NCBI GenBank assembly: GCA_028713125.1
Contig: JAQTOU010000002.1
Location: forward strand, 142,583-206,582
Direction: 5' to 3'
From: Elusimicrobiales bacterium
GTDB taxonomy: Bacteria; Elusimicrobiota; Elusimicrobia; Elusimicrobiales; UBA9959
DNA length: 64,000 nucleotides
Numbering within the stretch: the first letter of the stretch is position 1; each line of letters opens with the position of its first letter. The notes beneath the pieces were generated by a model that saw only the letters and a program-made list of their open reading frames with translations, was not told the DNA's origin and made no database searches. Made by a program: the position numbers and the translations under genes. Shown one piece after another: positions 59,946 to 64,000 of the stretch.

Positions 59946-61080
59946 CATCCTGGTCATTAATCCCGGCTCGACCTCTGACGAGGTCAGCTATTTCCGCGGC
60001 GCCGCGGAGGTGTTCCACAAGACCGTCCGTTACAGCCCGGAAGACCTCCGGCCTTACGAGCGCCAGAAGATCACCGCCCAGTTCGACCTGCGCAGGCGCA
60101 TGGCGCTGGAGGCGCTTAAAGAGCACGGCGTAGACCTGCAGGAGGTGCAGGCCGTGATAGGCCGCGGCGGCCTGGTGAAGCCCATCGAGGGCGGAGTTTA
60201 CGAAGTGGACGACGTCATGATGGAGGACCTGAGGGAGGGCGTCATGGGGGACCACCCCTCCAACCTGGGCGGGATAATCGCCAGGGATATCGCCGCCGTC
60301 CACGGAGTGAAAGCTTTCATAGCCGACCCGGTCGTCGTCGACGAACTTGAGCCGCTCGCCCGTTATTCCGGCATGCCTGAAAATCCGCGCATCTCCATTT
60401 TCCACGCCCTGAACCAGAAGCGCGTCGGCCGCCACGCCGCGCGCCAGGTGGGCAAGCCTTATGAGGACTGCCGCCTGATAATAATGCACGGCGGCGGCGG
60501 CATCACGGTGGGCGCCCACGCCGGCGGGAGAGTTATAGACGTGAATAACGGCCTCGACGGGGACGGCCCTTTCACCCCGCAGCGCTCCGGCGGCGTCCCC
60601 TCGGGCGGCCTGGTGAAGATGTGCTTCAGCGGGAACTATACGCTGGCCGAGATGAAGCTGAAGCTGAAGGGCCGCGGCGGCCTTGTGGCCTATACCGGGA
60701 CCTCCGACTGCCTGGCCCTGGAAAAATATATACTCACCGGAGAGGTCAAGCCCGGCAGCGGCCTGGACCCGGCCAGGGTTTCGCGCGAACAGGCCAGGGA
60801 GGCGGTGCTGGCCATGGCTTACCAGATCTCAAAGGAGATAGGCGCAATGGCGGCGGTGCTGGAGGGCAAAGTGGACGCGATCGTTCTCACCGGAGGACTG
60901 GCCTACGACAAGGTGCTGGTTCCGGAGATAAAGCGCCGCGTGAGCTGGATAGCCATGGTCCTGACCTATCCCGGCGGGGACGAGATGACGGCGCTGCGCA
61001 GGTCGGCGGAAATAGCGCTGGAGTACCCGGTCAGGGTAAAGAAGTATTCAGCTCGCCACCCGCGGCCCGCTTCCGTGTAA
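59932..61080 (+). CDS. buk: Butyrate kinase
   Basis: YNILVINPGSTSDEV, GRGGLVKP, IIMHGGGGITVGAH, TGGLAYD. GAAGGAGG RBS. The start overlaps the upstream gene by 14 nt. Confidence 0.85.
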   Translation: MADYNILVINPGSTSDEVSYFRGAAEVFHKTVRYSPEDLRPYERQKITAQFDLRRRMALEALKEHGVDLQEVQAVIGRGGLVKPIEGGVYEVDDVMMEDLREGVMGDHPSNLGGIIARDIAAVHGVKAFIADPVVVDELEPLARYSGMPENPRISIFHALNQKRVGRHAARQVGKPYEDCRLIIMHGGGGITVGAHAGGRVIDVNNGLDGDGPFTPQRSGGVPSGGLVKMCFSGNYTLAEMKLKLKGRGGLVAYTGTSDCLALEKYILTGEVKPGSGLDPARVSREQAREAVLAMAYQISKEIGAMAAVLEGKVDAIVLTGGLAYDKVLVPEIKRRVSWIAMVLTYPGGDEMTALRRSAEIALEYPVRVKKYSARHPRPASV

Positions 61081-61111
61081 AATTTAAATTCAGACCGCTT
61101 ATGGAGGAAAC

Positions 61112-62038
61112 ATGAAATTCAGGAACTTCGACGAACTTCTGGGAATGGTAAAGGGAAAGACCAACCGCATAGTCGTGCCCGGCGCCAATAACGACGAGGT
61201 ACTTACCGCCTGCAAGATGGGCGTGGACCACGGTATAATTTCCGGCGGCATTTTGATCGGCCCCGAAGACCAGGTCAAAGCCATGGCCGCCAAAGTCGGG
61301 CTGAAGCTCGACATTTTCGAGCAGATAGACCTGAGCGACCACGCCGAGATGTGCAACAAGGCCGTGGACCTGGTGAAAGCGGGCAAAGGGGACTTCCTCG
61401 TGAAGGGCCTGGTGGACACCAAGTTCTACATGAAAGCCATCCTGCGCAAGGAAGTCGGCGCCGTCGCCGAGGGCACCGTGCTCAGCCACTTCGTGCTGTT
61501 CGAGCTGGCCAACTATCATAAGCTCTTCGCCGTGACCGACGCGGCCATCATGATAAGCCCGACGCTGGACCAGAAGGCCAAGATCACGCGCAACGCCGTG
61601 GACATGATGCGCACCCTGGGCATAGAAACGCCCAAGGTCGCCGTTATCTGCCCGGTGGAAAAGGTGAACCCCGGCATCCCCAGCACCCTGGACGCCGACG
61701 CGCTCGTGAAGATGAACAAGGCCGGCGACCTGAAGAACTGCGTGGTGGAAGGCCCCTACGACATCTATATCGCTTTCTCGAAGGAACTGGCCGCCGAGAA
61801 AGGCATAAAGGGCCTCGTGCCCGGCGAGACAGATATCGCCCTGTTCCCGACGCTGGACTCCGGCAACCCGGTTTACAAGTGCCTGTCTTTCTTCGGGGCG
61901 GGGATGAAGTCCGCCACGCTGCTCGCGGGTTCGAACATGGCGGTGATATTGCCGTCCAGGACGGACACCCCGATGACCAAGCTGCATTCCATCGCGCTCG
62001 CCTGTTTTCTGAAGGACGCGGCCAAAGTGGCGGCATAA
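61112..62038 (+). CDS. ptb: Phosphate butyryltransferase (PTA/PTB family)
   Basis: RIVVPGANNDEVL, KGLVDT, LSHFVLFE, TDAAIMISP, ILPSRTD. GGAGG RBS. Confidence 0.8.
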   Translation: MKFRNFDELLGMVKGKTNRIVVPGANNDEVLTACKMGVDHGIISGGILIGPEDQVKAMAAKVGLKLDIFEQIDLSDHAEMCNKAVDLVKAGKGDFLVKGLVDTKFYMKAILRKEVGAVAEGTVLSHFVLFELANYHKLFAVTDAAIMISPTLDQKAKITRNAVDMMRTLGIETPKVAVICPVEKVNPGIPSTLDADALVKMNKAGDLKNCVVEGPYDIYIAFSKELAAEKGIKGLVPGETDIALFPTLDSGNPVYKCLSFFGAGMKSATLLAGSNMAVILPSRTDTPMTKLHSIALACFLKDAAKVAA

Positions 62039-62071
62039 TTTAATAAAGTAAAGACTTAAAGGAGAAAAACT

Positions 62072-62557
62072 ATGGCTTGGGATTTTTTAAAGAAGATAGT
62101 CGGTAAAAAAGAAGAGGAGAAGGCCCCTGTGATACCTGTACAGAGGCACAACCATCTCCCGCAGGAGAAGCCGGCGGCGCCGGCAGAGGATAAGAAGGCT
62201 CCCGCGGCCAAAGCTCCGGCCGCCCCGGTAAAGGAAAAAGCGCCCTCCGAGAAAACCGACGCCGAGCTGGCCGCCGAACTGGACAAAATGTCGCCGCAGA
62301 TCCTGGCGCAGGCCAAGGACCCCCAGATGCGCGCCCTGATCATAGGCATCTACCGCAAGATGCTTGTCGACGGGGTGAACATCAACGACGACAAGGAAGT
62401 TAAGAAGTGGATGAAGAAACATCCCGAGGTGCTCCAGGGCGGAGAAGCGGTAAAGGTGGAGACCATGCGCCGCGAGGAGCCCAAGGTGGGCAGGAACGAT
62501 CCCTGCTCCTGCGGCTCAGGCAAAAAATACAAGAAGTGCTGCGGCTCCGGCAAATAA
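62072..62557 (+). CDS. SEC-C-motif protein (SecA-like C-terminal zinc-binding tail)
   Basis: C-terminus [19 protein letters not shown]. Lys/Pro/Ala-rich N-terminal half. Confidence 0.8.
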   Translation: MAWDFLKKIVGKKEEEKAPVIPVQRHNHLPQEKPAAPAEDKKAPAAKAPAAPVKEKAPSEKTDAELAAELDKMSPQILAQAKDPQMRALIIGIYRKMLVDGVNINDDKEVKKWMKKHPEVLQGGEAVKVETMRREEPKVGRNDPCSCGSGKKYKKCCGSGK

Positions 62558-62573
62558 ACGGCCGCGCAGAAAT

Positions 62574-62605
62574 AAAAAACCCCGGGGCGGCCCGGGGTTT
62601 TTTTA
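62574..62605. terminator. Bidirectional Rho-independent terminator
   Basis: AAAAAA-CCCCGGG-GCGG-CCCGGGG-TTTTTTT between convergent genes. Confidence 0.85.
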
Positions 62606-62619
62606 TTGTCCGCGCAATT

Positions 62620-63444
62620 TCAGTTCCAGGAAACGGCGGGGGTTTCCGAGATCTGGACCGGGGGGATCTCTCCGGTCAGCTCTTTCTCCTGCTGGGTAAG
62701 GTCTTTGAAGTTCCCGAGGCCGTCCACGTTGTAGGTCAGCGTGCCGCCGTTGGTGGAGAAGGGCGTCGAGCGGATCCAGTTAAGCGAAGCCTGCAGGGCG
62801 GCCACGGGGGCCTGCTTGGTACCTATGTTCATAGGGTCGGACATCCTGACCGCCAGGTCGAATTTCCAGCCCCATTTCACGTTTACGGTTACCGGCTGCA
62901 CTGTGAAATTGGTTATATAGCGGCCGTGTACTTTGGTATCTTTAGGAGCGCTGTTGCCTGTGGCCTGGGAAACGTAGTTGTCCAGCCTGATGCCCTCTCC
63001 GCTGTAATCCTCGGTCCCGCCGTAGAAAAAAGAGATCTTGTATTTTACGTCTATGACGTCTATCCCCATAAGGTTGGTGACCTTGTAGCCGTAAACCATT
63101 TCTTTCGGGCCTTTCCAGCCGGTGATATTGCCCCAGTTGAAGGAGAAGCCGGGGATGGCGGAGGCATAGGCGGAGGCGTAGGCGGCGCTGGGGGCCCCGC
63201 TGGTGATCACGCTCCAGGCCGCGAGCCCGGCATTAGCCAGGCCGCCTTCGGCGCCCTTGTTATTCTTAAAGGATGAAAAACCGGCTGGTTCAGGGGGGAC
63301 GGCGTCCTTCCCGGATTCGACGGAGGTGAGGGTCACGGCCTCTCCGGCTACGGTGAAGTAGTCTTTATTGTCCTGCGCTGAAAGAAAGGGGGAGACTGTT
63401 GAAAGTATCGCGGCAAGGGTCAGGGTTGATTTAAGGTTTTTCAT
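62620..63444 (-). CDS. Secreted hypothetical protein (274 aa)
   Basis: GGAGG RBS. Signal peptide MKNLKSTLTLAAILSTVSPFLSA. Beta-rich body. No family recognised. Confidence 0.65.
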   Translation of the reverse strand: MKNLKSTLTLAAILSTVSPFLSAQDNKDYFTVAGEAVTLTSVESGKDAVPPEPAGFSSFKNNKGAEGGLANAGLAAWSVITSGAPSAAYASAYASAIPGFSFNWGNITGWKGPKEMVYGYKVTNLMGIDVIDVKYKISFFYGGTEDYSGEGIRLDNYVSQATGNSAPKDTKVHGRYITNFTVQPVTVNVKWGWKFDLAVRMSDPMNIGTKQAPVAALQASLNWIRSTPFSTNGGTLTYNVDGLGNFKDLTQQEKELTGEIPPVQISETPAVSWN

Positions 63445-63579
63445 CGTTCCTCCGTTAGCTGTGTATAGTTTAGCTTACCTATAAAATACAACAAGGGCGG
63501 TAAGGCCCAGACCGGCCTGGGGCAAAGTACCCAGACGGAAGGGCGGATAGTAATTACGAATTCCCGGGCCTGATGGCCC

Positions 63580-63608
63580 TTGACAAATCGACGGCTGGCC
63601 CTTATGCT
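63580..63608 (+). promoter_or_regulatory. Candidate sigma70-type promoter
   Basis: TTGACA (63580-63585) - 17 nt - TATGCT (63603-63608), 56 nt upstream of the ATG at 63664. Confidence 0.5.
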
Positions 63609-63663
63609 ATTTGATAGGCAACAGATAAACGCATCCTGTGGGCGCGGCAATTGATTCATTATT

Positions 63664-64000
63664 ATGAGGAAGACACTTTCCGCTTTCTTCTGCTTAGGCT
63701 TCCTGGCGGCCGCGCCGTTTTGCTGCGCGGCGGCCGAAGGGACGTCCGGCGCCGGCGTCTCCGCCGGGGTTGAGCTCCTGCCCGTGGTGCTGCCCGCTCC
63801 TGCGGAGCTCCCGGTTCAGGGGAACAGCGACCTTGATGTTTTCCGGCTTAACACTGTAGACAAGCCGACAGAATCCGCCGCCGCGCTCCTGCGCATTTTG
63901 CAGCCAAAATCAAAAGATGAAGTCGCCGCATTCAGAACGGAGAATTCAGGCAAGATAGCGGAGATGATGTTTTCCCTGCACAGGGCGGCGCGGCATAACA
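63664..64000 (+). CDS. Secreted hypothetical protein, 3'-partial (runs off the window)
   Basis: ATG at 63664, open to nt 64000 (112 codons). Signal peptide MRKTLSAFFCLGFLAAAPFCCAAA. Not in the ORF track because no stop is reached. Confidence 0.6.
   Translation, partial: MRKTLSAFFCLGFLAAAPFCCAAAEGTSGAGVSAGVELLPVVLPAPAELPVQGNSDLDVFRLNTVDKPTESAAALLRILQPKSKDEVAAFRTENSGKIAEMMFSLHRAARHN

Overview
GC-rich (roughly 60% by eye, not computed), densely coding chromosomal segment from an unidentified diderm bacterium. Diderm evidence: lipoproteins, an outer-membrane beta-barrel ending in Phe, Shine-Dalgarno-led genes. I support 51 CDS (2 truncated by the window edges), 10 hairpin terminators, a few sigma70-like promoters and 2 copies of a structured palindromic repeat. 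I saw no rRNA, tRNA, CRISPR array, transposase, integrase or phage genes. Layout: (i) 1-6.5 kb is a glycan-modification cluster: membrane protein, asparagine synthase fused to a GT4 glycosyltransferase, then methyltransferase/WbqC-like/methyltransferase joined by ATGA overlaps. (ii) 6.5-11 kb is an island of monocistronic secreted or small proteins, each with its own terminator: a 37-aa hydrophobic sORF, two Cys-rich proteins and a zinc phospholipase-C-like protein. (iii) 11-16 kb holds a metallophosphoesterase, an EamA transporter and an asparagine-synthase paralog lacking the catalytic Cys. (iv) 26.2 down to 16.0 kb is one co-directional minus-strand run: sdhCAB, class I fumarate hydratase, ankyrin lipoprotein, rtcB, fused MFS/spermidine-synthase. 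(v) 26.5-30 kb is a 1156-aa NHL/FN3/transglutaminase-like/TPR protein. (vi) 31.7-38.0 kb is a tight four-gene operon: GNAT, LuxE-like acyl-protein synthetase, LuxC-like reductase fused to a PaaK-like ligase, and an exported tocopherol-cyclase-family protein. (vii) 38-54 kb is mixed: HEAT/permuted-papain protein, amino-acid ABC transporter, GT-C/TPR membrane protein, flavoprotein, CheY+CheC-like pair, DUF438/DUF1858, M29 aminopeptidase, TLC-like transporter and an LL-DAP-aminotransferase-like gene. (viii) 54-58.7 kb is a PorV-like OMP plus a 1213-aa 10xFN3 protein with a T9SS/FlgD-type C-terminal domain. (ix) 58.8-62.6 kb runs secreted propeller-like protein, buk, ptb, SEC-C protein. The best candidates for something new are the LuxE/LuxC-PaaK/GNAT/tocopherol-cyclase-like operon and the ~130-nt structured repeat family with two collinear copies (22704-22830 and 51291-51425). 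All family calls come from motifs read by eye; no searches were run.
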